Source of the DNA: an uncultured Candidatus Saccharibacteria bacterium
GTDB lineage: Bacteria; Patescibacteriota; Minisyncoccia; Phycocordibacterales; PALSA-1337
Reading direction: 5' to 3'
DNA length: 64,000 nt
Assembly: GCA_964412585.1 (NCBI GenBank)
Contig: CAYPPJ010000001.1
Coordinates: 84,151 to 148,150, forward strand
Shown: positions 48,377 to 58,224 of the stretch, piece by piece
How positions within the stretch are numbered: position 1 is the stretch's first letter
How the letters are laid out: each line of letters opens with the position of its first letter
The notes under the pieces: generated by a model
The model's database searches: none
Told to the model about the DNA's origin: nothing
What the model saw: only the letters and a program-made list of their open reading frames with translations
Program-made: the position numbers and the translations under genes

Positions 48377-48973
48377 CTATCGCGTCACCGAGATAGTTGG
48401 TGTCAATTCTCCTGTAGAACTGGCTGTTATGCGACCATTCGTATCTCGAGCAAATTCGTAGACCGTATCATAATCGCTGACATCCACAAAATGTGCGCCT
48501 GGTGCAGAAGGGTCAAACGGGAGTGCTGACAAATAATCTGGCACAAGACATGGCGCAATGTCTCCCGGTGTATTTGGTGTACTATCGCTTTTGATGCGAG
48601 TAAAAGATGTAGGGATATCTTTTGGTGAATCCCCGCATACAAAAGTACCTTTGTGCTCGGAAATATTCTGATGGATGGCGTTCAACAACGAGTTTACATT
48701 ACTCACTCGTTGCGAATCGCGAGCAAGTTTGAATTGACGTGATGGATTGACTGCGACAAGGACGACAGCGGCAAGTATGGCAATAATGCCGATAACAACA
48801 AGTATTTCTATAAGAGTGAACCCTGCTCGTGAGCCTACAGCTCCTGATGTGAACGTACGAGGTGTATACGATTTTAAGAGATGTTTCGGGACTCTTTTGT
48901 AATGAAGCTTATCCACAGAACGAATCCGAGGTGGATATACTCTTTTTTTATGATCAAACCTATGTGTATTCAT
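48377..48973 (-). CDS. Type IV pilin-like protein
   Basis: G|FTLIEILVVIGIIAILAAVVLVAVNP...ARDSQR; YLSALPFDP. Confidence 0.9.
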   Translation of the reverse strand: MNTHRFDHKKRVYPPRIRSVDKLHYKRVPKHLLKSYTPRTFTSGAVGSRAGFTLIEILVVIGIIAILAAVVLVAVNPSRQFKLARDSQRVSNVNSLLNAIHQNISEHKGTFVCGDSPKDIPTSFTRIKSDSTPNTPGDIAPCLVPDYLSALPFDPSAPGAHFVDVSDYDTVYEFARDTNGRITASSTGELTPTISVTR

Positions 48974-49185
48974 ATTGAATGTGTCTTATTAATAATAAGT
49001 ACACAGTATCAAAGCGAAATGAAGAAACGCTGGAGAGATGATAAAGATTCGCTGAAGATGTAAAAATGTGGTCAAGTGTTACACAAAATGACTACCTATA
49101 TGACCGCACATTTCTCCACATTTTGTCCCCCATTCCCCGCTCCGTGTTCAATTTTCCTTGTACTTCCATATGTTACAATCTGCAC

Positions 49186-50565
49186 ATGAGTACGACATCG
49201 CCTTATTTCAAAACAAAAGATTTGAAGATACCGCCTCAAAACATTGAGGCGGAAAAGGCATTGCTCGGGTCAGTGATGATCCGCGGCGAAGTCATGCATG
49301 ATCTCATCGATATTGTGGGCGAGTCATCATTCTATTCAAATCAACACAAAGCCATTTGGGCAACTTTGTTTGAGCTTCATACAAAAGGTACTCCCATTGA
49401 CCTCCTTTCAGTATCTGCACGTCTCAAAGAAAAAGGTCTACTCGAGCAAAGTGGCGGCACATCATATCTGACAGAGATCATCAATGTCGTCCCCTCATCG
49501 ACAAATGCCAGCCATTACGCAGAGATCGTGCAGAAGAAGCACATTATGCGTGAGTTATTGCGTGCTGCTGAACACATCACGGGCCTCGGATATGATGAAG
49601 AAGGAGAAATGCATGATATTTTGGAAAAAGCTGAAAAAGCTCTGTACGCAGTCACCAACAAGACTGGTTCACACAAGTTCGTAGCGCTCAAAGACACGCT
49701 CCATGAAGCCTGGGAACGTCTCGATCACCTTCACAAAACAAAGGACGAACTCCGTGGCGTGCCGACCGGGTTTGCCGAGCTTGATAACAAGCTTGCCGGT
49801 ATGCAAAAGTCGGACCTGATCATTCTCGCGGCACGTCCATCTATGGGTAAGACCTCCCTCGCACTTGATATCGCACGAAAAGCCGCTGTCAATCACAAAG
49901 TTCCTGTTGCTATCTTTTCTCTTGAAATGAGCTCTCAACAACTGGTGGACCGTATGTTGGCAGCCGAGTCCCAAGTCGACTCATGGAAGATTCGTACCGG
50001 CCACAACCTCTCAGTTACTGATGACTTCAAAGCCATTGGGGATGCCATAGGCCGATTATCCGAAGCCCCTATTTTTATCGACGACCAAGCCGGCAATAAT
50101 ATGCTCAAAATGCGTGCCACCGCACGCCGCCTCAAGAACGAAAAAGGTCTAGGCCTTATTGTTGTTGATTATCTCCAACTCATCATCCCAACACAGACAC
50201 GTGGTACCGATAATTTGGTTCAGCAGATTACCGAAATCTCACATGCTCTGAAAAATCTTGCCCGTGAACTCGAAGTTCCCGTCCTTGCTCTCTCACAGCT
50301 CTCCCGTGCCGTCGAACAGCGTGGTGGTAAACCTCGCCTTTCTGACCTTCGCGACTCCGGTTCCATCGAGCAGGATGCTGATGTGGTCATGTTCATTCAT
50401 CGCGAGTCAGACCAAGACCAAGGTGGACGCAAAGAAGAAGCTGAGATCCTCATCGAAAAGCACCGCAATGGTCCGACTGGTATCGCCAAGCTTTACTTTG
50501 ATAGCAAGAAGACAACATTCCTTAGTATGGATAAGGCGGATTTTGGTGGATTTGAGAAAGTGTAG
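49186..50565 (+). CDS. dnaB: Replicative DNA helicase
   Basis: PPQNIEAE, AARPSMGKT, DYLQL and LSDLRDSGSIEQDAD motifs; no intein. Confidence 0.98.
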   Translation: MSTTSPYFKTKDLKIPPQNIEAEKALLGSVMIRGEVMHDLIDIVGESSFYSNQHKAIWATLFELHTKGTPIDLLSVSARLKEKGLLEQSGGTSYLTEIINVVPSSTNASHYAEIVQKKHIMRELLRAAEHITGLGYDEEGEMHDILEKAEKALYAVTNKTGSHKFVALKDTLHEAWERLDHLHKTKDELRGVPTGFAELDNKLAGMQKSDLIILAARPSMGKTSLALDIARKAAVNHKVPVAIFSLEMSSQQLVDRMLAAESQVDSWKIRTGHNLSVTDDFKAIGDAIGRLSEAPIFIDDQAGNNMLKMRATARRLKNEKGLGLIVVDYLQLIIPTQTRGTDNLVQQITEISHALKNLARELEVPVLALSQLSRAVEQRGGKPRLSDLRDSGSIEQDADVVMFIHRESDQDQGGRKEEAEILIEKHRNGPTGIAKLYFDSKKTTFLSMDKADFGGFEKV

Positions 50566-50577
50566 TATTAACAGATT

Positions 50578-51210
50578 ATGGACAGCTTACATCGGCTCGA
50601 AGAACTCTTCACTAAATTCCCTGGTATTGGCCCACGACAAGCCAAGCGTTTTGTCTATTATATGTTGAGTAAGTCTCCTTCATATATCAAAGAATTCACC
50701 CAGCTTCTCGAGGAGGTCAAGAAATCGAGTCATGAATGCGAACAGTGCCATCGTTTCTTTAGTGGCACCTCCTCCAATCCCAAGTCTCAAGTCTCAAGCT
50801 TCTGCCCTACCTGCCTTGATAAATCACGCGACCAATCTCTCCTCATGATTGTTGCGCGCGATTCAGATTTTGAAACCGTCGAGAAAAGTGGCGCCTACAA
50901 GGGACTCTATTTCATTCTTGGAGGAACTGTGCCTATTCTCGACAAAGAACCGGAGAAGCGTATTAGACTAAAATCATTACTCGAATCAGTTACGAGTCGG
51001 GGCCAGCAGATCAAGGAAATCATTCTATCGCTCAATGCGACGCCTGATGGCGAACATACCGCCACCATCACTAAAGAAGCCTTGCAAAAAGTGACTAAAA
51101 ACTGGTCACTTTCCATTTCGGTACTCGGACGCGGCCTTTCGACAGGAGCTGAACTTGAATACGTTGACGGCGATACAATAAAAAATGCCCTGCGCAACAG
51201 GACAACCTAG
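50578..51210 (+). CDS. recR: Recombination mediator RecR
   Basis: PGIGPRQAKR HhH, C4 zinc finger, Toprim domain, GAELEYVD. Confidence 0.95.
   Translation: MDSLHRLEELFTKFPGIGPRQAKRFVYYMLSKSPSYIKEFTQLLEEVKKSSHECEQCHRFFSGTSSNPKSQVSSFCPTCLDKSRDQSLLMIVARDSDFETVEKSGAYKGLYFILGGTVPILDKEPEKRIRLKSLLESVTSRGQQIKEIILSLNATPDGEHTATITKEALQKVTKNWSLSISVLGRGLSTGAELEYVDGDTIKNALRNRTT
50773..50800 (+). repeat. Degenerate heptamer tandem repeat (x4) inside recR
   Basis: TCCAATC CCAAGTC TCAAGTC TCAAGCT. Confidence 0.6.
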
Positions 51211-51224
51211 CTCGGAACGTCTAG

Positions 51225-51740
51225 CTATTTTATTTTCTTTGATGTTGGATTGAATGGATTCTCTGTGGCGACAGTCTCGGTCTCAAGTGAACTGTCTCCC
51301 GTCACATATGTAGTATCGAAAAACTGCTCTGAACCATTGATCTTATAGGAAAGCCGAACAAATATAGGTTCACTATTTTGTGGAATATTATCAACAACAA
51401 CCATCGTTTCGTTGCCAGCATTGAGGTGTCCCACATTGACTCCACCCTTGTAGGTACCTATGAAGACACGGTAGTCGGAGGCTCCCGGAATAGGCTCCCA
51501 TGAAATAATCTCGCTCGAATCAATAGTTGATCCGGGCTGAGGGAGGAGCTTGACCTTGCTGGCAAGACTCTGATCGCGTCTCATTGCCTGAATAACTACC
51601 GCGCCGTTTTCTGCCTGCCAAACATCACGTATTGTGACGTGCTCGAGAGCATTGCTCACCTGGTACACCAAAGCTGAACCGAGGACGACCCCTACGAGCA
51701 ATCCAGTTTTCGGAAGAGATTTTTTGCTAAAGATATGCAT
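51225..51740 (-). CDS. Hypothetical membrane-anchored protein with FnIII/Ig-like domain
   Basis: TM, then SWEPIPGASDYRVFIGT. Confidence 0.6.
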   Translation of the reverse strand: MHIFSKKSLPKTGLLVGVVLGSALVYQVSNALEHVTIRDVWQAENGAVVIQAMRRDQSLASKVKLLPQPGSTIDSSEIISWEPIPGASDYRVFIGTYKGGVNVGHLNAGNETMVVVDNIPQNSEPIFVRLSYKINGSEQFFDTTYVTGDSSLETETVATENPFNPTSKKIK

Positions 51741-51820
51741 GAAAATAGTCTATCGTGGATAATTATACCACGAAAAAATGCGCACGCAGCGCATCTTTGC
51801 TGGGGAAATCTTTATAGCGA

Positions 51821-52138
51821 TTATTTGAGGCTATCAATCTTGACCTTGAAGAATGGCTGGCGATGACCGTTTTTCTTGTAGTAACGGCTCTTTTGCTTGT
51901 AGTGAACCACCATAATCTTTGGTGCGCGGCCAATCTCGGTAATAGTCGCAGCAACAGAAGCCTTTGCGATATACGGTGTACCGATAGTCGTATCCTTGCC
52001 ATCATCCATAAGGAGAACCTTGTCGAATTTCACCTTATCGCCAACTTTGTACTCGCCAGAAAGCTTCTCAATTGCGACAACGTCGCCCTTTGAGACTGTG
52101 TATTGCTTGCCACCGGTTGCGATAACTGCGAATTCCAT
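51821..52138 (-). CDS. rplU: 50S ribosomal protein L21
   Basis: FAVIATGGKQY and KKNGHRQPF motifs. Confidence 0.97.
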   Translation of the reverse strand: MEFAVIATGGKQYTVSKGDVVAIEKLSGEYKVGDKVKFDKVLLMDDGKDTTIGTPYIAKASVAATITEIGRAPKIMVVHYKQKSRYYKKNGHRQPFFKVKIDSLK

Positions 52139-52204
52139 AGTCAGAACATTATACATGAAGACACAAAAAACGCAAATATGCGCCCACACATCGGCCTATT
52201 TTGC

Positions 52205-53299
52205 CTATTCTTCCTCTGTTTCGGGCTTTTCTATCATTGCCACCTCGATCCCTGGTGTTTCCCCCGTAATACGTAGAACGTCCTTATCCACCTTTTTGAG
52301 CTCCTTTCCTGAGTTATTGTAGTGGTTGACCACCGTCGAGAGTGAGGTGCCCAACTTGATGTGATACTCCTCATATTTCTTGAGATGCGAACCAAGTTGG
52401 CCAACATGCTTCACAATATCCTTGGCAGTCTCCTCGATCTGCATGGCCTTCAATCCCTGCAAAACTGTCTGCAGATATGCCAAGAATGAGGTCGGCGAAA
52501 CAATGATGACTTTGTACTTTGTGGCCGCGCGCTGGATCAAATTATCGGTTTCTTCAACACTCGCACCAATCTTATTGACCAAGAGATCGTAATAAATGGC
52601 CTCATGTGGAATAAACATGAAAGCAAAATCCATGGTCTTCTCTGCTGGGCGAACATACTTTGCCGTTTCCTGAATACGTAGTTTCAAATCATTCACGAAA
52701 GCTTTCTCCAGCTTCTCTTTTTCAGCCGGATTCTTTTCTTCGACGAGTTTGTTGTAATTTTCAAGCGAAAACTTTGAGTCGATCGGGATAACCTTATCTT
52801 TGACAAATACCGCCGCATCCACTACTTCTCCATTTTTAAACGCGTACTGCATCTGGTACTGTCCTGGCGCCAAGACATTTTTGAGCAATGTCTCGAGATA
52901 ATATTCACCCAAAATGCCGCGATGTTTTGGATTTTTGAGAATGTCTTGGAGGTTCTGGAGCTGATCAGCAAATGACACCACCTGTTTGTTGGTCTCATCA
53001 AGCTTCGTGAGGCCCTGTGTCACTTCGCGAATGAGCTTTGAAGATTCCGAAAGCTGAACACGCATCGAATCCTGCATGTTCTTTGATGATTCATTCATCT
53101 TGTGGTCCACCGTCCTGGTCAAATCTCCCACCTTGCGGTCAACCGTACGCGAGACTTCGTTCATCTGCTCGAGAATGAGTTTGAGAGCTGTATCATCCTT
53201 TGGCGCCGGCTCTGCGGACTTTTTGCGCATGAAATACACCACAATGAAAATGTTGGCGAGAATGGCGATGGCGACGAGAACAATGAGGATGGTGATCAT
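52205..53299 (-). CDS. rmuC: DNA recombination protein RmuC
   Basis: RGILGE, IDSKFS, DFAFMFIPHE and VSPTSF motifs; N-terminal TM and coiled coil. Confidence 0.92.
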   Translation of the reverse strand: MITILIVLVAIAILANIFIVVYFMRKKSAEPAPKDDTALKLILEQMNEVSRTVDRKVGDLTRTVDHKMNESSKNMQDSMRVQLSESSKLIREVTQGLTKLDETNKQVVSFADQLQNLQDILKNPKHRGILGEYYLETLLKNVLAPGQYQMQYAFKNGEVVDAAVFVKDKVIPIDSKFSLENYNKLVEEKNPAEKEKLEKAFVNDLKLRIQETAKYVRPAEKTMDFAFMFIPHEAIYYDLLVNKIGASVEETDNLIQRAATKYKVIIVSPTSFLAYLQTVLQGLKAMQIEETAKDIVKHVGQLGSHLKKYEEYHIKLGTSLSTVVNHYNNSGKELKKVDKDVLRITGETPGIEVAMIEKPETEEE

Positions 53300-53354
53300 G
53301 GGGTAAGTATACGAGGAAATTGGGGAAATAAAAAGCGAACACAACAAATAGCTA

Positions 53355-53753
53355 TTAATTCCATTTTAGTTGTTTCAGCATCCCCGAAAGTTCAGATGGC
53401 GAGTCGTAGAAAATAATATGTCTGGCAACACCTTGAATAGTTGTGGAAATATCGGAGTCTTTTTTTGCGATAATAACTATCGGTTTTTTTCTGGCATACG
53501 CATACCCCGCCACAATGCCAAGACCTACACCTTTCTCTGAGAACTCAATGACGAGCATGTCCGCTTCATCAATAGATTTGAAGGCAAATTCCATCAGTTC
53601 AGTTGCAGTTACCTGATTGGCACCCCATTTTTCAATATCACGAACAGCAATTGTTGTTGAAATCCCGATAGATTCAAGAGTATCGGAAAGGGATTCGATT
53701 TTTTGTCGATCTGAAAAATCTTCTTTAAATTTGATAGCTAAATAGACTTTCAT
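53355..53753 (-). CDS. Nucleoside 2-deoxyribosyltransferase-like protein
   Basis: MKVYLA, IDEADML and GVGLGIVAGYAYARKKPI. Confidence 0.75.
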   Translation of the reverse strand: MKVYLAIKFKEDFSDRQKIESLSDTLESIGISTTIAVRDIEKWGANQVTATELMEFAFKSIDEADMLVIEFSEKGVGLGIVAGYAYARKKPIVIIAKKDSDISTTIQGVARHIIFYDSPSELSGMLKQLKWN

Positions 53754-53814
53754 GCACATCAACAGTATACATGAAACTATTTTATCCTGTATACTCAACA
53801 GAGAAGAAAAACGT

Positions 53815-54255
53815 ATGCAAAACCATATTGATAGACCTTTCGGATCACTTGATATCGAAACAATTACTGCCGGTGATTCATTTCAAGGGAGACTAACCTT
53901 GGGACAAGGAATGACGATCAGAACCATATACTTCATGTGTATTGGAATGTCGTCTCCCAACGCACAATACGAGCTCTCCTTGTTTGCAGACGCCAAGCAC
54001 AATGAGTCGCTCGCAGATGCCACCTTGGAGTTGGTAGGTGGAAATACCCATTGTATTAATATCAAGACAACTGACCATGAGATCGAGACTGATCCGAAAG
54101 AAATCGCCTTGTTAAAATTTACACATGCAGTGTGTTCCATGTTGATAAGTCACATGGTTCGTGCCGGAAAAAGCAGTGAGCATTACGAAATAGGGCCGCA
54201 AGCACTACTTGACTTCGAGCGATTAACTCAAGTCTCTATCAGTGAATTACCTTGA
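53815..54255 (+). CDS. Hypothetical protein
   Basis: 146-aa ORF followed by an AGCGCGGAA/TTCCGCGCT terminator. Confidence 0.5.
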   Translation: MQNHIDRPFGSLDIETITAGDSFQGRLTLGQGMTIRTIYFMCIGMSSPNAQYELSLFADAKHNESLADATLELVGGNTHCINIKTTDHEIETDPKEIALLKFTHAVCSMLISHMVRAGKSSEHYEIGPQALLDFERLTQVSISELP

Positions 54256-54369
54256 GACTCCAGCGCGGAATTTCCGCGCTTTATTATTTGTAAAAAGTAA
54301 GATAGTGACAAAGAGCAATTTGACACCTAATTACATATGTGATAATGTTTTTCAAGGAGAAATGAACCT

Positions 54370-54822
54370 ATGAACGAAACGATATTTGACTTGAAACGAA
54401 AAATACTCAGGCAGAAAGTCGGGGATCCAAAAGGTCCGTGGGATAAATTCTACGAATACCTTGTTGCCGAAGCGTCAACGACTCTGCCAAACAAACCCAA
54501 CTGGGAAGCGCAAGCTCTCTTTGAGATGATCCAGACAGCGTTTGACGGTAGTGGTACTAACGACCCAGTACTCGTCAGTCCATACCTTCTACACAACATG
54601 GCGGCATGTGCCAAAGTGGCCCTCAACCATGACCAGCAGGACACTATCGCTTGGACAGACTATGACAACGTGCTCGGGAGAACATATGCTGGTTTTGCCT
54701 TCACAGTGATTCACGCCATCAAAAACGGTACTACGATCGAAAGTGAAGGTCAAACGTATCTGGGTGGCCTCCGCGTACCCCAATGGTTTGTTGTGTGGGC
54801 TCGCACTAACGCAGTCACCTAA
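54370..54822 (+). CDS. Hypothetical protein
   Basis: TTGACA-17 nt-GATAAT promoter and AGGAG SD. Confidence 0.6.
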   Translation: MNETIFDLKRKILRQKVGDPKGPWDKFYEYLVAEASTTLPNKPNWEAQALFEMIQTAFDGSGTNDPVLVSPYLLHNMAACAKVALNHDQQDTIAWTDYDNVLGRTYAGFAFTVIHAIKNGTTIESEGQTYLGGLRVPQWFVVWARTNAVT

Positions 54823-54829
54823 AAGCGTT

Positions 54830-55240
54830 ATGAGCACGCAAAATGCGCATACAAAGGCCGCACAGCAGGTAGACGAGGACCTGCATCTCCTTGTCAACTT
54901 CCTCAGACATCTACCGCCTGAACATCATAATGAGTATTCAAGACTCTTGAAGAGGGTGGCGATAAACATGGCAATGATGTCCGTCGAGGACCTTGCCAGT
55001 TCAAATCAGTTAGTCGAGCAGTGCCGGCGACTCAAACTGTCGAGTGACACCTTCTTTGGGATCATTGTGAAAATGATGGGAGCAACGAATGGTACGAGTG
55101 CCGCTGAGGCCATCATGCCTCACGTACTCGAACTTCAACGCTTCCTCAAAGAGCTCGACGCTCCTGCACCGACTGATGCGGACGCTCGAGCGCTTGCTGA
55201 AACCCAAATAGCTGCACTGCTCGCAAAACAGAAGCAGTAA
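54830..55240 (+). CDS. Hypothetical helical protein
   Basis: ATG 7 nt after the previous stop; followed by a CCCGCCG/CGGCGGG terminator. Confidence 0.55.
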   Translation: MSTQNAHTKAAQQVDEDLHLLVNFLRHLPPEHHNEYSRLLKRVAINMAMMSVEDLASSNQLVEQCRRLKLSSDTFFGIIVKMMGATNGTSAAEAIMPHVLELQRFLKELDAPAPTDADARALAETQIAALLAKQKQ

Positions 55241-55293
55241 AACACGCTTCATCCAACACCCGCCGGTCACTCGGCGGGTCTTTTATTTGAGAC

Positions 55294-56187
55294 TTATTCC
55301 TTCACCAATATCACCCCAGCAATCAGAACCACAAATAATACTAATTTGTGTATCACTTTCTTCCTATGCAAGTCTTCCTTAAAAAGCTTTGGGAATACAC
55401 CTCGTCCCAACCACGCATACACAATGAGAAAAAACGGCGCAGAAATAGTGATCCCTTTCACCACACTGACTGAGGTAAGTGAGATCGCTGAACTCTCGGA
55501 CACCTGTCCCAAAAATGTGAAAAGCTCTTCGAGCAAAAACAGTGGGGATAATTTAATAAAAAGTGGTAACACAGCCCGCGCATCCTGACGTACGGTTTTT
55601 GAGAATAACAACATAATCGCAAACAAGAGACCAATGATCGCTTCTCCACCAACTGCAGTACTAATGCTTACACCTTGATCGAAAAGCAATTTAAGGAAAA
55701 CCCCTTCAAAAGACAGGAGAAATGCGGCTAAACCGATATACCAAATAGCTTTGCTAAATTTGAAGTGTTTTTTTGCTCGATGCAGTCCGAGCATAACTAC
55801 GGATATAATTATGAGTCCGATACCAAGATATTGCTGAAGATCGAGAACCTCTCCAACAATAACAAACGCAAAAATGGGCACAAATATTCTTCCTATTGCA
55901 AAAAATGAGATGGCAACTGATGTATCATCTGACCGTAAGCCTTGATAATAAGGGTATAAATATCCAACCCCTACCAATCCTAGAACAATAAATATAGGAA
56001 TGGTATGGAGTGGCGGCAATTCCGGTGGAGAAAATGCAAATAAGATTGGTATGAAAATGAGATTGAAGAGCGATGTGTAAAAAACAACGGTCAGTGGATG
56101 TTTAAATTCCTTTGTGACTAGAAATTCATCAAAGATCTCGGCAACGGCGTAGAAAGCTGGCGATAGAAAGGCGTAGAGGAGCCACAT
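55294..56187 (-). CDS. DMT/EamA family transporter (~10 TM)
   Basis: Two hydrophobic repeats; IVGEVLDLQQYLGIGLII. Confidence 0.8.
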   Translation of the reverse strand: MWLLYAFLSPAFYAVAEIFDEFLVTKEFKHPLTVVFYTSLFNLIFIPILFAFSPPELPPLHTIPIFIVLGLVGVGYLYPYYQGLRSDDTSVAISFFAIGRIFVPIFAFVIVGEVLDLQQYLGIGLIIISVVMLGLHRAKKHFKFSKAIWYIGLAAFLLSFEGVFLKLLFDQGVSISTAVGGEAIIGLLFAIMLLFSKTVRQDARAVLPLFIKLSPLFLLEELFTFLGQVSESSAISLTSVSVVKGITISAPFFLIVYAWLGRGVFPKLFKEDLHRKKVIHKLVLFVVLIAGVILVKE

Positions 56188-56253
56188 GGGGGAAATTATA
56201 GCATATGAAATATGACCTTCTCCCCACACAGAAAAGTTGCTATAGTAGTATGC

Positions 56254-58002
56254 ATGAACCCAGACCAGCTCGCACATCTTCGCCACACCCTCGCCCATCT
56301 CACTGCCGCCGCGGTGCTCGAACTTTTTCCTGAAACAAAACCAACCATCGGTCCTGCCATCGATAATGGTTTTTACTATGACTTTGAATTCAAGGAGCCG
56401 ATCACCGAAAAGGATCTCAAAGATATAGAAAAGAAGATGCGCAAGCTCTTGCCTTCATGGCAGGAAATGTCGGGCAAAGAAGTCTCAACCGATGAAGCTC
56501 GTGCCGCATTTACGGGTAACCAATACAAGCTTGAACTCATCGACGAGATCATCGCGAAAGGTGAAAAAATCACTCTCTACACCGCCGGTACATTTACCGA
56601 CCTCTGTCGTGGTGGTCATAGCGAGAGTCCTGCCAAGGATATTCCTTCTGATTGTTTCAAACTTTCTCGACTTGCTGGCGCCTACTGGCGCGGAGATGAA
56701 AAAAATACCCAGCTCACCCGTATCTACGGCCTCGCCTTTGCCACAAAGGAAGAATTGGACGCGTATGAAAATATGGTCAAAGAAGCTGAGAAGCGTGACC
56801 ATCGCAAATTGGGCAAAGAGCTTGATCTCTTTGAATTTGACGATGATGTGGGCCCTGGACTTCCCCTTTGGCTACCCAACGGCACAGTTTTGGTCGAGGA
56901 ACTAGAAAAATTGGCGAAGGAAACCGAATTTAGGATGGGCTATGTCCGTGTTCGCACCCCTCATATCGCCAAGGAGTCTATGTATTTGAAGAGTGGGCAT
57001 CTCCCGTACTATCAGGAATCCATGTATCCTCCGATGGAATACGAGGGTGGCAAATATTACCTCAAGGCCATGAACTGCCCTCACCACCACAAGATCTTTG
57101 CCGCTCGACCAAAGAGTTACCGTGACCTACCACTTCGTCTGGCTGAATACGGCACCTGCTATCGTCACGAAAAATCGGGCGAACTCTTTGGCCTCATGCG
57201 CGTACGCACGCTCCAGATGAACGACGCCCATATCTACTGTAGTGATGAACAATTCGCACAGGAATTCAACGCCGTCAATGAAATGTATCTTAAGTACTTC
57301 AAGATATTTGGTGTTGATAAATATGTTATGCGCTTCTCGACTCATGACCCAAAGCGTCTGGGCGAAAAGTTTGTGAACGAACCAGAGCTCTGGAAAAAGA
57401 CCGAGGACATGGTCAGAAAGGTCCTCGTTGATTCAAAGATTCCTTTCGTTGAAGTCCCCAACGAAGCCGCCTTCTATGGTCCAAAGATTGACGTGCAAGT
57501 CTGGAGCGCCATTGGTCGTGAATTTACCTTGGCCACAAACCAAGTCGACTTTGCTGTACCAAAGCGTTTTGACCTTACCTACACAGACAAGGACGGTACC
57601 GCCAAGACACCTCTCTGCATTCATCGCGCGCCACTCGGCACTCATGAGCGATTCATCGGCTTTCTCATTGAACATTATGGTGGCAACTTCCCTCTCTGGC
57701 TTTCTCCTACACAGGTTCAAGTGATACCAGTCGCCGATACACACACAGCTGAGGCAGAGAAGGTCAACAACGCACTCCGAGCACGAATGATTCGTTCGGA
57801 AGCTGATCTTTCACATGACAATTTTGGCAAAAAAATACGTGCCGCTAAAAATGCACGTGTACCCTATACGATCATTATTGGAGACAAAGATATTCAAGCT
57901 GGCAAAGTGACTCTTGAAAGTCGCGACAAAGGTCAGATTGGTCAGCTGAGTATAGAAGAGGTGGTGAAAAAGATGGTGGAAGAGATTGGAGAGAGGAAAT
58001 AA
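56254..58002 (+). CDS. thrS: Threonine--tRNA ligase (lacks the N-terminal TGS domain)
   Basis: RHTLAH, DLCRGGH, RDHRKLG, KAMNCP and HRAPLG motifs. Confidence 0.98.
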   Translation: MNPDQLAHLRHTLAHLTAAAVLELFPETKPTIGPAIDNGFYYDFEFKEPITEKDLKDIEKKMRKLLPSWQEMSGKEVSTDEARAAFTGNQYKLELIDEIIAKGEKITLYTAGTFTDLCRGGHSESPAKDIPSDCFKLSRLAGAYWRGDEKNTQLTRIYGLAFATKEELDAYENMVKEAEKRDHRKLGKELDLFEFDDDVGPGLPLWLPNGTVLVEELEKLAKETEFRMGYVRVRTPHIAKESMYLKSGHLPYYQESMYPPMEYEGGKYYLKAMNCPHHHKIFAARPKSYRDLPLRLAEYGTCYRHEKSGELFGLMRVRTLQMNDAHIYCSDEQFAQEFNAVNEMYLKYFKIFGVDKYVMRFSTHDPKRLGEKFVNEPELWKKTEDMVRKVLVDSKIPFVEVPNEAAFYGPKIDVQVWSAIGREFTLATNQVDFAVPKRFDLTYTDKDGTAKTPLCIHRAPLGTHERFIGFLIEHYGGNFPLWLSPTQVQVIPVADTHTAEAEKVNNALRARMIRSEADLSHDNFGKKIRAAKNARVPYTIIIGDKDIQAGKVTLESRDKGQIGQLSIEEVVKKMVEEIGERK

Positions 58003-58047
58003 AATAAAAAAGTGCCCGGCGAAGTATAACCTCCACCGGGCTTTCGC

Positions 58048-58224
58048 TTAATCGAACTTGTCCATCAGACTTTCCTCAGCGCATTGGAGAATCTGATTGT
58101 GAGTCATACTGAGCTTCTGTCGGATTTCCAACTGCTCACGTTCGATATCCCCGTTTTTGCCCAGCTTTGCCTTGAAGGCAAGCTGGGCGTACCGCAGGAC
58201 CAACTGTTTTTGTTCATTGTCCAC
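58048..58224 (-). CDS. Small hypothetical protein (58 aa)
   Basis: GTG start behind a perfect AAGGAGGT SD, overlapping the end of the upstream gene. Confidence 0.6.
   Translation of the reverse strand: MDNEQKQLVLRYAQLAFKAKLGKNGDIEREQLEIRQKLSMTHNQILQCAEESLMDKFD

Noticed and set aside
6886-51763. Scattered DnaA-like boxes as oriC
   Set aside because: The boxes are isolated (6886, 48909, weaker ones near 35379, 43168 and 51755), with no cluster, unwinding element or dnaA/dnaN nearby.
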